Source of the DNA: Camelus dromedarius | Lineage: Eukaryota | Direction of reading: 5' to 3' | Length of the DNA: 64,000 nt | Assembly (NCBI RefSeq): GCF_036321535.1 | Contig: NC_087436.1 | Coordinates: 80,850,001 to 80,914,000, forward strand | Part shown: piece after piece, positions 1 to 13,480 of the stretch | Layout: every line of letters begins with the position of its first letter | Position numbering within the stretch: the stretch's first letter is position 1 | Program-made: the position numbers and the translations under genes | The notes under the pieces: generated by a model | Told to the model about the DNA's origin: nothing | Databases searched by the model: none | Seen by the model: the letters and a program-made list of their open reading frames with translations, nothing else

Positions 1-670
1 ATTATGGAAATCCTCAAATCTAAGTCCTCCAGCTTGGTTTTCTCTTTTTTCAAAATCGTTTTAGCTAATTTAGGTCCTTTTCATTTGCACATGAGCATTA
101 GAATCAGTTTATCAATTTCTATATAAAGACATGCTATGATTTTGATTGGGATTACATTGAAACTATAAATCAGTTTGGAGAGAACTGACGTCTTATCAAT
201 ATTGAATCTTTCATTCCATGAACATAGTAAATTCCCCCATTTGTCTAAGTCTTCTTTCATTTCTCTCAGCAATTTTTTCTAGTTGTCAGTGTACAAATCT
301 TTTACATCTTTTGACAGATGAACCCTAAGCATTCCTTGTTTTTAATGTTATTGTAAATGGCATTAAAATTTTTACTGTCTGATTGCCCTTGGCTAGTATG
401 TAGAAATAGAACTGATGTTTGTATATTTCTTGTATTCTTCAGCCATACTAGTAGCTTTCTTTTAGATTTCATAGAATTTTCTACATAGTCATTATATCAT
501 CTGCGAATAACAGTAGTTAACTTTTCTTTTAAAAATCTGTACGCCTTTTATTTATTTCCTTGCCTTCCTACACAGCCTAGAACTTCTAATACAAACTTCA
601 GTTGAAGTGCTGAGAGGGGTCATGCTTGTCTTTTCCTGAACTGAGGGAAGAACATTCATTTTATTTCACC
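1..670 (-). mobile_element. Ancient LINE-1 (L1M-type) ORF2 fragment, RT/C-terminal region
   Basis: ORF 81-272 (EMKEDLDKWGNLLCSWNERFNI...[13 protein letters not shown]) matches L1 ORF2 '[20 protein letters not shown]...IYRFNAIPIKI'; 'tatatcatctgcgaa' is the antisense of the FADD RT motif. Confidence 0.9.
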
Positions 671-679
671 TTCAGCTTT

Positions 680-1250
680 AAAGATACTTGATTCTAGTTT
701 GACAATACTTTAAATGTGTCATCCCACTGTCTTCTAACTGCATTGTATCTAACTGGTAGTCATTTTTATCTATGTGTTTATGTACATATTGTGTCCTTTT
801 TCTCTGATTGCCTTTAAGATTTTTGTCTTTATCACTATTTTAACAATTTGATTTTAATGTGCCTCTCTCATAGTTTTCATTGTTTCTTGTGTTTGAGGTT
901 AATAGAGTTCCTTGGATTTAGAGGCTTATTAATTTCATCAGATGTGGATATTTTGAATGATTAGTTTTTCAAATATTTTCTCCGTCTTCATCCTTCTTCA
1001 AAGACTCTAGTTACAGTTATATGCGTATACTTCATACACTGTCTTAGAGCTCATGGATGCTCTGTGAATTTGTTTTTTCTTTTTTTCTCACTGATTCATT
1101 TTTAATGGTTTTCTATTGCTGTGTCTTCAAGTTCACTAGCCTTTTATTTTGTAATGTCTGATTCATTGTTTATCCTATGCTAGTGTATTTTTGACCTTAA
1201 ATACAGTGTTTTTATCACTAGGGATTTGATTTGTATCCTTTTTTATATCT
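680..1250 (-). mobile_element. Ancient L1 (L1ME-like) ORF1-region fragment
   Basis: 'atcccactgtcttcta...tttaagatttttgtctttatcac...tcttcaagttcact' resembles antisense L1M ORF1; degenerate. Confidence 0.6.
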
Positions 1251-1261
1251 CTCATGCCACT

Positions 1262-1388
1262 ACATTTTACAGATGATAAAACTAAGGCACAAAGAAGAAA
1301 AGAAATTTGCGCAGGTTCTCAGAACTATTAAGAAGTGGATGCCAGGATACAAAGCCAGGCAACTTAATCCCAGAGACTTCACTTTTAA
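1262..1388 (-). mobile_element. MIR SINE
   Basis: 'attttacagatgataaaactaaggcac...' is the antisense MIR core. Confidence 0.85.
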
Positions 1389-4300
1389 ATCAGTACTCGA
1401 ATTCTCATTTTAAATGGTGTAACACTATCGCATACTAGTCTTTTCTGAAGTATTTAGAACAATGCGTGTCAGATAAAAGGATATAAAAAGTGTTCATGGT
1501 TGTCATTGTTGTAAACTGTTGACAAGCTGCAAAACTTCCTCAAGGTAGAAGACTCAACTCAGATTACATTTCTTAAAAATTTCCTTGATCTTTCATCCCC
1601 AGCACAAACATTCCATCTGCTTGGTTCTTTATATAACAGAATTTTCTAACTGTATGTGTCCTGGAATAATGAGTGGAGGGTAGATCGGGTGGTGGGCCAA
1701 GTAGAGTTTTAGGGCACAGACATGCTGCTTGATGGTCAGTGGGTGAGGTGCTGCTGACATCCATCAGAGAAGCTCACCAGATACCAGCAGGAAGGACACA
1801 TATCGTGACTTCTCAGCACAGGGGTTGTACCATGGACAGGGACTGGGCAGTCTTCAAGGGCTGTCTTGGCTCCATAAGGCTTCTAGAGTTGCTGCATATG
1901 GTGACACGACCCCAGAGGGTGCCAATCTGATCAGTATCTATGTGAGTTGTAATCCCCTAGAACTGTGGCTTTCACAACCATCAGAAGGGCATGCAGCTGC
2001 CTTTGAGGCTACCAGGTAGATTAAAGAATAAGATGATTTAAGTTGGAACTCAGCTGAAGACAGAGTGGCCTCTGACTTAATTTTTCTCATTGCAGCAGGC
2101 TCTACCAGTGTATCATCTCATAACAACTTTCTCCCTTCCTGTTGGCTTAATTGCTCCTCCTTCTAGTCTGGGAAACTTTTATTCTGTCTTGGGCTAGGGA
2201 ATTTAGTTCTAATTCATTGGATATTTTCCCCCTTGCCCCAAGTCTCCTCAGAGGGTAGACTTTTGAAACTTAAAAATATTTTCTGTAGTAATCAATCTTC
2301 CTTTAAGCTTGTATGCTACAAAATCATATTATTGCACAAATAGAGGGGAGAGTCAGAAATACTGGAAAAGGGAGAAAGTATCAGTTATCATTTCACATAT
2401 GTTTGTCTCTCCAGCTAGACCATGAGCACCTCAAGGAATTTACCTGCAAGGGTAAGGAGCACAGTTTTACAAACAAAAGGAATGGATTTGAGTGCCATGC
2501 AGGTTTACTCAAGATAAATTATCAGTTCTTTTAATTTCTCATTAGTTGCTACTGTGCTAGAAGAAATGCTGTTTTATTCCTGCACCTTGCACAATTTTAC
2601 CTCTGAAAATGTGTCGTGTACTGAACTAATATAATAATTCATTTCTGTGCTACTGAGGTGATTAATAAGACTAATATTAGTTTCCCTAATTTTAGGACCT
2701 GGTATATTGATGTTTCCCTTTTAATCTTGATTATAGCTTATAACGATATATATTGAACTTCATTGTTTCAGCCTTATAGAATCATATCTCTGAATTCTGA
2801 GAAGAGGGTAACCTATTTCATCTTTTAGTGTTAGATACCTGATTCATCATACTTTTCTTGTGTTAAAATTATCTAGTCCTTATTTTCGAGGTACCTAGGC
2901 AATTATGTTTAAAACACTACTGAAGAAGATTTAATGAGTTAGTGTTCATTTTATTTTGTATACGCGGGCTTATAATTCATACCTAAAAATGTAATTTCAT
3001 GTAAATAATGTACAAATTAGAATATGTGAAAATTATAGTTGGTAGCCATCCCCTGTGGCTGTAGACACAAAATAACACTAAAAAATATCTCAGTTGAGCT
3101 TATTAATTTCAGTAGTAAGAACTGTGGATTCACATTCTGGAGACAACACTAATTTCAGTTGCATAAGTTCATTTTGTGGCTTTGAGAAAATATTTAACTC
3201 CCCAAATATCTATTTTCTTGCCCTTATGATAGGGGCATTGTATTGGATCAGCTGTGGGCTGGCTATTTTCCATGAATATTAATACAGGAACAATTATCTT
3301 TTGAAGAAAATAAAATAGATTTTATAAATTATGTATTTTATCAGAAGATACAATGTTCGCAACTATATGTAAGATTTCTTTTATTCTTTCTCTATGAATA
3401 AAGACTTTCCTTTTTGAATTCAATTTCAGAAAATGCAGTAAAGCACTATCATGATGGAATGTGGAAACTAAATTAAAATTTGCTTCTGAAATTGTTGTAT
3501 TTTGCCTCCTTTCTAGCCTTCTACACAACTTAACTGAAAATATGGTTTATCACATAGGGATTCTCAATATTGTATTCTTCAAAACATCAGCGATGTTTTT
3601 AATCTTAAAAACATTATTCCCCAGGCCCTTTGTATTGGAACAGATGATTTTCACCAACCACTTGTCTCCTCTTGGCAATGGCCATAGAAGTATTTTGTGT
3701 TTTATTCAGAAAAGAGCCTGTGACACACACATTGCCACCTGCTGTTTTTTCCTCCTGTATCCCACACTGAGCAGGTCATTTCTTACATTGCTTGCCCAGT
3801 AATTTCTATTAACTTATTCTTCCCTGATAATGAGACCCAAGGAGTAGAGCTGCAGAGCATTGATCAACAGCTGATTTCAAAGGCCTGGAAAACAGTAAGC
3901 AGAATTTGGTCTTGTCCAGGTCTCGTTTCTGAGCCACACCAAAGAGTCATAGGGGACAAATGTGGTCTGTGGATTCCAGAGTGTGTGTCAACACATGTTA
4001 TTATCTCTAGGATTCCTTCCAGCTTGAAAATACCTTACTTAATTATGAAATACCAACAGCAAGGTTTTTATTGCTGTTTTGTTTTTTAGATGTAGGCCCT
4101 TTATTTCCACCAAAATCCTGTGAAATAAACCCACGGGAATCATTTTACCCTAAAATTCACTGTCATTGGGTACAATCTTAGTGGTTCTGAAAAACTCTGC
4201 AATTTTTGAGAAAATTGGGAAATATTATTTCAGGACTTTCAAGAAGTCTGTTACTGGTTGACAAGCTTAACTAGTCCCAGGTTCCCAGTCTTAATTGAAT

Positions 4301-4642
4301 TTGGAGACCCAAGTTGACCTAAAAAGGATGCGGCTTCCTTAAAACTTAGACCTACATTTATATAGGACTTCAGTGGGTTCTTATAGGAAAACTTTTTTTA
4401 AAAAGTATGTGAATTTCATAACTATAGTAAAACTACAAACAAAAATCCTCTAATAGTAACTATTGGTCCAAACATTAATAGTATTTTCATGACAATCAAC
4501 AATCTTACACAGATTTAACGGTACTGTCTACTAACACCATATTATTAAGTGTCTCAGTTCTATAAGCTGAGAATTATTTATTGACAGTAAATGAAATTAA
4601 CATTTACAAAATGCATCACCATCTCACCCTGTAGGAGGCTGC

Positions 4643-5514
4643 TGTGGTACAGACATGTTATATACAAGTGTCCCTCATTTTATTGCACTTTGCTTTATTG
4701 CATATGACAGATACTGCAATTTTTACAAATTGAAGACTTGTGGCAACCCTGTGTTGAGCAAGTCTATCAGTGTCATTTTTCCAATAGCATTTACCCACTT
4801 CATGTCTCTGTGTCACCTTTTGGTAATTCTTGCAATATTTCAAACTTTTTCATTATTATTATATTTGTCATGGTGCTCTGTGGTCAGTGATCTTTGATGT
4901 TACTACTACAACTTGCTAAAGGCTCAGATGAAGGTTAGCAACTTTTTAATAATAAAGTATTTTTAAATTAAGGTATGTACATTGTTGTTTTAGACATAGT
5001 GCTGTTGCCACCTAATAGACTACAGTATAGTGTAAACATAACTTTAATATGCACTAGGAAATTAAAAAGGTCACGACTCATTTTATTGCTGTATTTGCTT
5101 TATTGTGATGACCTGGGACCGAGTATCTCTGAGATATGCCAGTATTCCCCAAACCTCATTTTATTTCTCTCTTAGATACATGGGTAGACCTCACTTCCTA
5201 GCCTCCCTTGCAGCTGGGGAGCATGGCCACACGACTGATTGCTGACCAGTGGAAGGAGGGCAAAAACAAAATACGCCACTTACAGGCTGACGCCTACGGT
5301 TCTCTTACCATCCTTCACACTTTTCTTCCCCCATTCAAATGGCCCTAGAAGGAAGATTCAGTAGATGATTTTAAGTCTGCCAGGAATGGTTGAGAACTAG
5401 ACTGAAAAAAAAACTAGTCCCCTGAATAACTGCATGGAATAGAGCTCTAGACCCCCTCTGGCACTCTGCTAAGGACTGTTTTTTTGTAGTAGTTAGCTTA
5501 CCTTGAGCAATACG
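4643..5514 (+). mobile_element. MaLR LTR (MLT1J/I-like), interrupted by a Tigger element
   Basis: 'cacttcctagcctcccttgcagctgggg...tggccacacgactga' and 3' end 'tagcttaccttgagcaatac' resemble MLT1J; short 5' piece 'tgtggtac' lies left of the Tigger. Confidence 0.65.
4665..5142 (+). mobile_element. Tigger1-derived non-autonomous DNA transposon (TcMar-Tigger, internal deletion, ~480 bp)
   Basis: Left end 'caagtgtccctcattttattgcactttgctttattgc' and right end 'tatctctgagatatgccag' match Tigger1 termini; TA on both sides (4663-4664, 5143-5144). Confidence 0.9.
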
Positions 5515-5919
5515 GCTTGTTAGGAGCTTTACCGTCCTTCTTAAACATGCCTACCATGTGGGTTTTGAAAAACTGTGGGTTTTGAAGTCCACGCTCAGGC
5601 AAATATCGCAAATGGGCTTCCCCTCATTACCCGATTTTAGGATTGACTGTGGAAAGCTGAAGAGTTAACCTTAGCAGAATTTTGAGGCCACATTTAAGTT
5701 CAGTGGGAAAAAGAGCCCAAATTCACGTGTAATTTTTGTCTTGGGCAAAAGAGACAATAGTGGTAGCGATGCTGCCTCTATACCACTCTGGGCAGGACAA
5801 TTAAGCCTTTTGAAGGCATAGATGGTGGAGAATAGTGCAGTAAGTCCAGGTGCAGTCAAAGTTAATGTTCTTTCTAATAAGACATGATTTACAGCTACAG
5901 CTCTGTACTTATAGATTCA

Positions 5920-6000
5920 ACTCTAAATCCCAGCATTGTGCTTGGATCTTAAACACTATTTGGTAAACTTCTGTTGAGTGAATAAGTGAATGAACAAATA
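5920..6000 (+). mobile_element. L2 3' end fragment
   Basis: 'cccagcattgtgcttgg...tgttgagtgaataagtgaatgaa' L2 tail. Confidence 0.6.
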
Positions 6001-6112
6001 GAAACTAAAGATATTCGCCTATCAAGAGAAAATTCTTCTAAAATAAATTGCAAAGAAAGATTACACATTCACACGAGGGTGTCAACTTTCTGATTATCTT
6101 TTGTGCTATTAA

Positions 6113-6235
6113 TTATTAGAATGTGAGCTCCATGTGAGGACAGAGACCCTTGTCTGTTGTGGTCATGGCTGAAAGCCCAGTCCCTGGAAGGTACCTAATA
6201 TGTTGGAGGTGTTCAATTAAGTGTTGGTTGAACCA
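6113..6235 (+). mobile_element. L2 3' end fragment
   Basis: 'ttagaatgtgagctccatgtgaggacagagacc' L2 3' consensus. Confidence 0.75.
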
Positions 6236-6736
6236 ATCAAATGTGGTTTATATTAGTCCTATTCTGGCTCTGATTTGTTCTCTAGAAATGAAGGCCTTCC
6301 CCTGCTGTGCTTGTAGCTGGCAGTATGTCTGCACTTGACACTGCAGGTCTTGTAGGCAGCCTGTTTCATTAGCTACTTACTTATAGCAGAGAAAGGTGTT
6401 ATTCTTATGTGGAATGAACTCTAGAACCATATTACAGAGGCTACAACTTGTGCTTCTTAATCTCTGAAGTATTCAGTTCTGTAAGCAGAAAAATGAAATA
6501 TTTGGGTAACATCATGATGACAATACATTCCTAGCCCTTCCTGGAAAATTGTACTTCTGAATTCAATAAATAAAGAAGTGTGCAAAAAAAAAATGCAAGC
6601 AAAATGTACTGCCAGTGAAAGGCTTGGTTGCCTTATCCTATTATTTCATAGTTCCTAAAGTATTCTAAATGCACACTAGTCTTTTTTTTTTCCCACACTG
6701 AAGAGAGTCAGGAAGGTTCAGTGCTAAAGTCACACG

Positions 6737-6866
6737 TGGTGCTGGCTTCATATACATGCAATCTGTATAGATGCCCTACCTTTGGTTAAAATTCTTAATA
6801 AATTTTGTACAGAGAACCTCACATTTTTCAATTTGCACTGTACCCACAAATTATGTATTGAATCTG
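6737..6866 (+). mobile_element. MER53-like hAT MITE
   Basis: 'gctggcttcat...aaattcttaataa...tttgcactgtacccacaaattatgta' resembles MER53; flanked by 8-bp TSD gtcacacg (6729-6736) / gtcacatg (6867-6874). Confidence 0.75.
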
Positions 6867-8471
6867 GTCACATGGCAGGTTTTGAAACACACTTATAGAT
6901 AACATGGCACTCTTGGCATAGAATAGGTGCCCAATAACAAAAATTGCTTTTTGAGTGAATATGTTAGAGAATTAAAACATTTCAATAGCATATCATAAGA
7001 TACAAATGCTTATATCTAACACTTAAGCAGAAGAGGTTCTTATTCAAACTAGAAAGTGGAGACAAAGAGTAAAGAGAGAGAAGGACAACCAGTTCTTTTC
7101 CTTCCGAATCCATAAGAGTAAAAAGCTGAACATAAGCTTACTGCCTATAAAACCAAGTAATATAGAATAAATCATTACTTGTTAGAGTAAATTACCATCT
7201 TTTAATTTTTGGTATTCTTTTTGGAGCATTTGCTACAATATACTCAGAAACATTCAAAAGTATTAATCCGTTGAAAACCATCTTCTGCTATCAAATTTAG
7301 ATAAGCTCCTTTTAATTTCAATAAATATTATGGATAGTAATACTGTTACCTGGAATTTTTATAGACCCTTTTCCCTATGAAGCTTAGTGTTTGAAAATAT
7401 TATTTTCCTAACCCGTCCAATATTTGGCAACACATTGGCAGAAAATAAAGGTAAAACTCGAGGGGGTTGACATTAGATCAATAACAAGAATGAAAAGAAA
7501 ACTCAAGCTTTTTTGTCTAAACTCAGAAATTCAGATTCACCATAAAGATGTGTGTTTTAAACACAGTATCATACATTATTTTATGCAAGCTATAGCTCAT
7601 ACCAAGTAGGTTAAAAGTTGGCATAATCATCATCAAGCACTTTGCACAACCATTGAGTAGTCACCAATCTAAATGTCATGGATTTGCCGAGCTTGGGATG
7701 TGGTCTGTTTGAAGCTTATTCAGCCACATGGAGAGACTGATAGTTCTGTGACTGCGGATTTGCTGCTGTAGTCCTGGCCATCAACTGGGGTGACTTAGAT
7801 AATGGTTTTGGTCACATTTCAGAGCTGTTATTTCTCTTGAGTATAGAAGCACATTTCTGCAAAAGTACAGTTGTGTGCATATGTTTAAGCACTAAATTTA
7901 GGTTTTATATATTTAACTTCTCAGTAATTTGACTAAGGCTAGTCAAGATGTATCTGATTATTTTTGTTAGATACTTGTTGGTAATTGTATTCTCCACAGA
8001 GAGATGTAATTTCTTCTGGAAGAAATAAAGGATCTCTTCAATCCCTGACTTGATGGCTAACCTAATAGACAGGTCTCAGTCCATTCTACTGACAGACATT
8101 CTACTTTCAGAAAGTAACACTTGCAGATTAAGTTGAAATATTGTCATGCTGGCTGAAGCTCACTACTAATTTCATTTTTAATGGAAAAAATTTAACAAAA
8201 ATGGGATATTGATTTGATTTTGAAGCTATGTTTCCTTGGAAGAGGTTTATCTCATTTATTACAAATTAAAAGTTATTTGTCTGGCTGCTGCAGCTATCAA
8301 TATTCTTTCTAGTGTTTTAGAAGAATTAATGAAATAAGAATGCTAAGTTTCAAGTTTGTGATACACTTTAATAGAGTCTTTTTTTTTAATTTGGGGCTTT
8401 TACTATTGTAAAAAATAAAATAAAAAACTCTTGCATGTACCTAAAATTTTTAAAATATTAATGCAATTAAA

Positions 8472-8874
8472 TTTTTTGTTTTTATTGAAGTATAGTCAGT
8501 TTACAATGTTGTGTTGATTTCTGGTGTACAGCATGTTTCAGTCATACATTTACATATATATATATTCCTTTTCATTGTAAGTTACTACAAGATATTGAAT
8601 ATAGTTCCCTGTGCTATATGGTATAAACTTGTTGTTCATCTATTTTATACATAGTTGTTAGTATCTGCAAATCTCAAACCCTCATTTTATCCCTGTCCAC
8701 CTCCTTTCCCCCTGGTAACCGTAAGTTTATTTTCTATGTCTGTGAGTCTGTTTCTGTTTTATAAATAAGTTCATTTGTGTCTTTTTTTAGATTCCACATA
8801 TAAGTGATATCATATGATATGCTTCTTTCTTTTTCTGGCTTACTTCACCTAGAATGATGATCTCCAAGTCCATC
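8472..8874 (-). mobile_element. 5'-truncated LINE-1 3' end (artiodactyl/camelid-type)
   Basis: poly(T) followed by 'ttattgaagtatagtcagtttacaatgttgtg...ttagattccacatataagtgatatc' (antisense 3'UTR and ORF2 stop). Confidence 0.9.
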
Positions 8875-10699
8875 TTTTTTTTATATTTATTTAGAAATTT
8901 TTAATACTTTATTTGGAAAATATTTATCTGTAGTTTTCCTATTATCCTTTCCTTATTTATTTATTACATTATCATTTATCTTAATACTCAGTATTGCTTT
9001 TAAAATGTCAAAAATGCAAAAAATAAATTCTTTTTAAAATGAATTCTTTATTTTTACTTTGATCTATGTTTGTTGGTTTATAAGTATATTAATTAATGGC
9101 ATTATTTGTTTCAAAGAGCTAACAGGAGTCAGTTTTATTTTTGTGTCACTAGTTCTATCTCAGGGACAGAACCTTAAAAAAAAAATAAAAAGCTGGGACT
9201 AAGGATCAGAAAAGAGAGCAACATGGTATTATTATATTAGATTTTGGAGAACTCCTGACATGGACTAACCTTCAAGCACTGACCATGTAATGATTCAATT
9301 ACATTTGTTTTTACCAAAACAAAGGATAATAGTATGGGACAATTATTTTTAAGCAAGGTAGGCCAACATAACTCCTTCCTTTCCTATAATATGTCTCCAA
9401 AGATATGTTAGGAGATAAGACATAGCAAGTAAATCCTTGTATGAAACTCCTTTTTAAAGGAATCTCACTGGCTTACTCTTTTGATAACTATGTTCCTCTA
9501 ATTTGTTTAAGGAGACATTAGATCCTTTGCAAAAACAATTCAAAAGTAAAATGTAATGTTATTTTTCCATTAGTTAAGTTCTAGTGGTATTTTATCATGG
9601 TGGAGTATGTAATTCATTTTTAACAGGGGCGCTAAATCATATTCCAGGGAAAATAAAAGATTAAACATATTCTTTTGTTCCCCAGTAGGAACTCTGGGTT
9701 AAAAATTCCCCAGAGTAGCTCGGCTGTTGTCAGGAAACCCTCTCTCTGTCATCTATCTTTAATCACTAAGCTAGAAACATCAGCTTGGAGGCCCAGAACC
9801 GTTTGCATCACTGACATTTCCCACGTGTGGGCAGAAGGTACAGAAAAGTGCATATGATAACTAAATATTGTTTGAATGCTGCATTTCATAGGAAAGTCAG
9901 CATATGCAAAACACCTTGGCATTTTTGTCTCTTGATTATTCTGAAATTTCCATCTCGTTATTGTGCACATTGGAGTAGACAATCTTCCCTCTCCTAAAAG
10001 CTCAGTGGACACAACGTGGAGGTTGAGGACGTGGGGTGATGAGGGGGTTTGAGGAGCCAAGGGCCAAGTGTCAGGGGCTGTGGAGAGGTGGAGGTTTGCA
10101 ATGACCAAATGACATAACCTGTCAGCACAGTATTTGGCAAAGTGTGATGCCTCAGTGAACTGTGAGCTTCTATTGGAGTCTCTGCAGAAGCATTCAGTAA
10201 GTAGTACCCTTATCTCTCACCAGGATGCTGAGAAAGTTGAGGGGACTAAAAGTACAAAGGAGCTTAATATCTTGTTTTTTTCTGATAGTGGCTAGGTTGA
10301 GCATGTGGTTTTAGTTTCGGTAGCTAAATAAGTTCAATAATTCTGAAGTCCAGATGGATTAGATTTCCTGGCCCGATCAATGGACTGGGATAGACAGGGA
10401 CTCAGAGACTCAGAGGAGGAGCAGAAACCATGCTCCTGTGAGCAGCTTCCTCCCTCGGGGAAGAATGACGCTCACACTGCACGCTCCAGTTTGTGTTCCC
10501 CCAAATTTACCAAGCAGATCTCTTACCTCCTCAGGGGAGAATTGAGTCAAAAAAGGAAAGAGGCCAGACCTGTGCTAAGGAGCAGTTCTTCCTCAATGAA
10601 AAGCCAAAAGAGGGGAGACATTCTTCTCTTCTAAAATTTACTTATAGTAGGAAGTAGGGGTCAGGACATAACGGACTTTCTACGACATAACAAGGTTTG

Positions 10700-10870
10700 A
10701 TTTTATAGAAAAGGCATTGGGTATTTATTAAAGAATTTTAAGTACAGAAGTAAGAAAAACAGATTTGGCTTTCAGAAAGATCATTCTGGAATGGCATATA
10801 CCTTAGAGGATGAATGAGGATGGGGTTTGGGGACAAGGAAAGAGATGAAAAGCAGGAGGGTCATTTAGGG
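10700..10870 (-). mobile_element. L2 fragment
   Basis: 'cagatttggctttcagaaagatcattctgg' antisense L2 motif. Confidence 0.55.
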
Positions 10871-11429
10871 CTCCCCCCAACCTTAGTTAGAATTGTGAGG
10901 GTCTCAATCAAGAATATTGCTAAAAGATTAAGAAAAGTATGCCTATTTGGGCATCCACAATGTAACCATAAGATAACAGAACTCACCAAAATCAACTCAC
11001 ACAATTCATTGTGGTTTTTCTAACCTATGTTCTGAGCCTTTTGCTGTAACTATAAATTAATGTCAAAGTGTGACTGTTTTTCTGCAGCTTTAGTTCCCTG
11101 AATAAAAGTAGCTAAAGAAAGAAAAATGATCCAGTGTACATTAGAGTACTGTATAAATGAGTGACTAAAAAGCATTGATGTTGCAAATATTTTTAATCTT
11201 TGCTTTGACAGGTGTAGAGACCTGACACATGAATTTCCTGTGTTGTCTTTCATCTGGTGTGATTCTTAGAGTGATGTTCTTTGCATAGAGCCCACAGTTT
11301 AGTTCTTGCCTGAAATCATGATACCTGTCCGCAGACAGTGATGGACAAATTAAATACATACAAATTATTTATTTTTCCTGGAGAAAGCATTTCAAATTAT
11401 TGTCTTTGTTGATACATAATTTCTGGGGG

Positions 11430-11572
11430 TTTTTTTCCACATTTTTTTTATTGAGTTATAGTCAATTTACAATGTTGTGTCAATTTCCAGTGTACAGCAC
11501 AATTTTTCATTTATACGTTAACATACATGTATTCATTGTCACATTTTTTTCTGTGAGCTACCACAAAAATCT
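11430..11572 (-). mobile_element. Very short young L1 3' end (camelid-type)
   Basis: Closely similar to 62425-62560 in this window ('acaatgttgtgtcaa..tccagtgta.agcacaatttttc...ctgtgagctacca'). Confidence 0.85.
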
Positions 11573-11574
11573 AA

Positions 11575-11720
11575 GATATTCTATTTATAAATTCAAGCAG
11601 TATAGAAAAGTATAAAGAAAGAAAATTTAAAAACAGCATTCTCAAATTTCACAACCAAGAAATAACCAAATTTGCTAACATTTCAAACATCTTTCTATCC
11701 ATATGTAGAGAGAGATTTTT
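11575..11720 (-). mobile_element. Ancient L1ME-like 3' end fragment
   Basis: 'aattcaagcagtatagaaaagtataaagaaagaaa...aataacc...ctaacattt' resembles antisense L1ME3/4 3'UTR. Confidence 0.5.
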
Positions 11721-13480
11721 TTAAAGATAATTTTAGGAAAACAAAAGGATGACAGTAGACTACATTCAAATTTTAACCATTAAGTTGAATTTTAATTATA
11801 TTAACAAAAATATAATCCTCTGAAATAAAAAGGAATTGCTAAATTATCTGAAGCAGAAGACTTCAAATAAATGTTTCTCTACCACAAGAAACATGATTTG
11901 GGTCTTTAAGTATTTCCCTAAAGCTAAAGAAAAATAAAAGTTAAAGCACTCATTTCTTTCTTTATTTATACTTAAGGACCAGTTTCCACTTTAGACAGCG
12001 CCATAAAAAGTGAAGAAATTGATTGGCAAGTTCACATTTTCCCTGCTTCCTTGCTTGGCTTACATGTACCTTGCCTTTTCTTCCTGACCCCTTATGATTT
12101 CCTTTTTAATCCTTGTAATTGTGTAACTTTCCCTAAATATATCTTGATGTTGCTCACTTTGTGTAAAATTTTTGTGTCCAGCTTCCAAGGGACGCATCCT
12201 ATCTTTGATAAGTATCTACTTTTTTTCCTTGGTACGTGGTGAGCCATTGCAATCTTCAGTTTAAATTTTTATTTCAATAATATTTTCCTCTACAATATTT
12301 TTGAATGTTTCTCCCGATCCACTTGTTCTGTTCTCTGAATTATGAACACTAGGTATATCGCAGATAACTTGTCTCCTTTCCTATTTATCATCTTTTTTGT
12401 AATTTCTGTTTTACATTGTGTGATTTTTTATGCTTAGTTTTTTTGTCCCTAGCTTTCACCCCTATTTTTGAGCCCTCAATTTTTCATCTTAAAATAGATA
12501 ATACTTTATTTTAAAATTATTTTTAAGTTACTTAAAATTTGTTTTTTAAATTATTGAATGATTAGTGTAAACTCTTCATCTCTATATGGATTTTTCATCT
12601 CTCTCTCTTTCTCTTAGTCATTTTTGTAGCTTTTGTGTATAGGTCCTGGAACGATTCTTTTCTGTTTATTACTCATTTTTGATGAGGCCAGTTAGTGGCT
12701 GAGAAAATAATGAAGGAAGGTATGGAGGAAGGGGCTGCTGGATGGAGAGTCACATGCATTTAGAAATGAGACTTCTGTTATGCTGTTTTTTGATCAAAAG
12801 GAGAATTTGTTTTGCTTCCCTGACTGTGTGAGTATGAACCATGTTTCACTTATCTCTTTTCCATCCTCTTGGTTTCACCTACATTGCAGTGTTGTTCACA
12901 TAGTAGCCCCTCAAATAGTTTTTGAAATATAAATTTTTTGAAACTAATAAAGCCAAAAAAGATTAGATTTTACATATGTTGCTCTTAACCATTCATGTCA
13001 AACATACTCACACAGTCACACAACAGTTGTATAATGGAAAGTTGGATGGAAGAATGACAGGCAGCTGGGGGAGATGTCAACATACTGTCTAATTGTTACA
13101 CTGTTTGTAAGTGCATATTTGTCCAAATCGCTGCATAGAAGCTTCTTTTCCTCCATTCAGTTTAGGAAAAATCCTTTCACAGTGACTGAAAAGAGACTGG
13201 TGACTTGGATGCCTAGTCCCCTTTCCAGGGCTTGATTTCTGATCTTGTGTAACTTGTAGTTAATGAAGTCACACATCTGAGATCAGCAGTGCCTAGCAAC
13301 CACATGGCTCTTAATTCCCAGAGAGCCTAACGTTCTCAGAGCTGGCAAGGCAAACTAATAATGGTCTGCTTTGGATTCAGTTTTCCCCAGCCCATCAGGA
13401 ACTTGATTGACATCTTGAAGGAGGTAAGAGGAAGCCAAAGATCTCAAGGGGCAGAGACTAGGACTGCCTTTCACTGCTCC

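Noticed and set aside
5557..5586. Direct repeat tgtgggttttgaa, twice
   Set aside because: Simple local duplication with no further structure
9621..9635. CTCF-like 'aacaggggcgctaa'
   Set aside because: One G short and lacks the 5' CCA; poor match to the core
11190..11350. Strong plus-strand acceptor 'ctttgctttgacag|GTG'
   Set aside because: Stops in all frames and no good donor nearby
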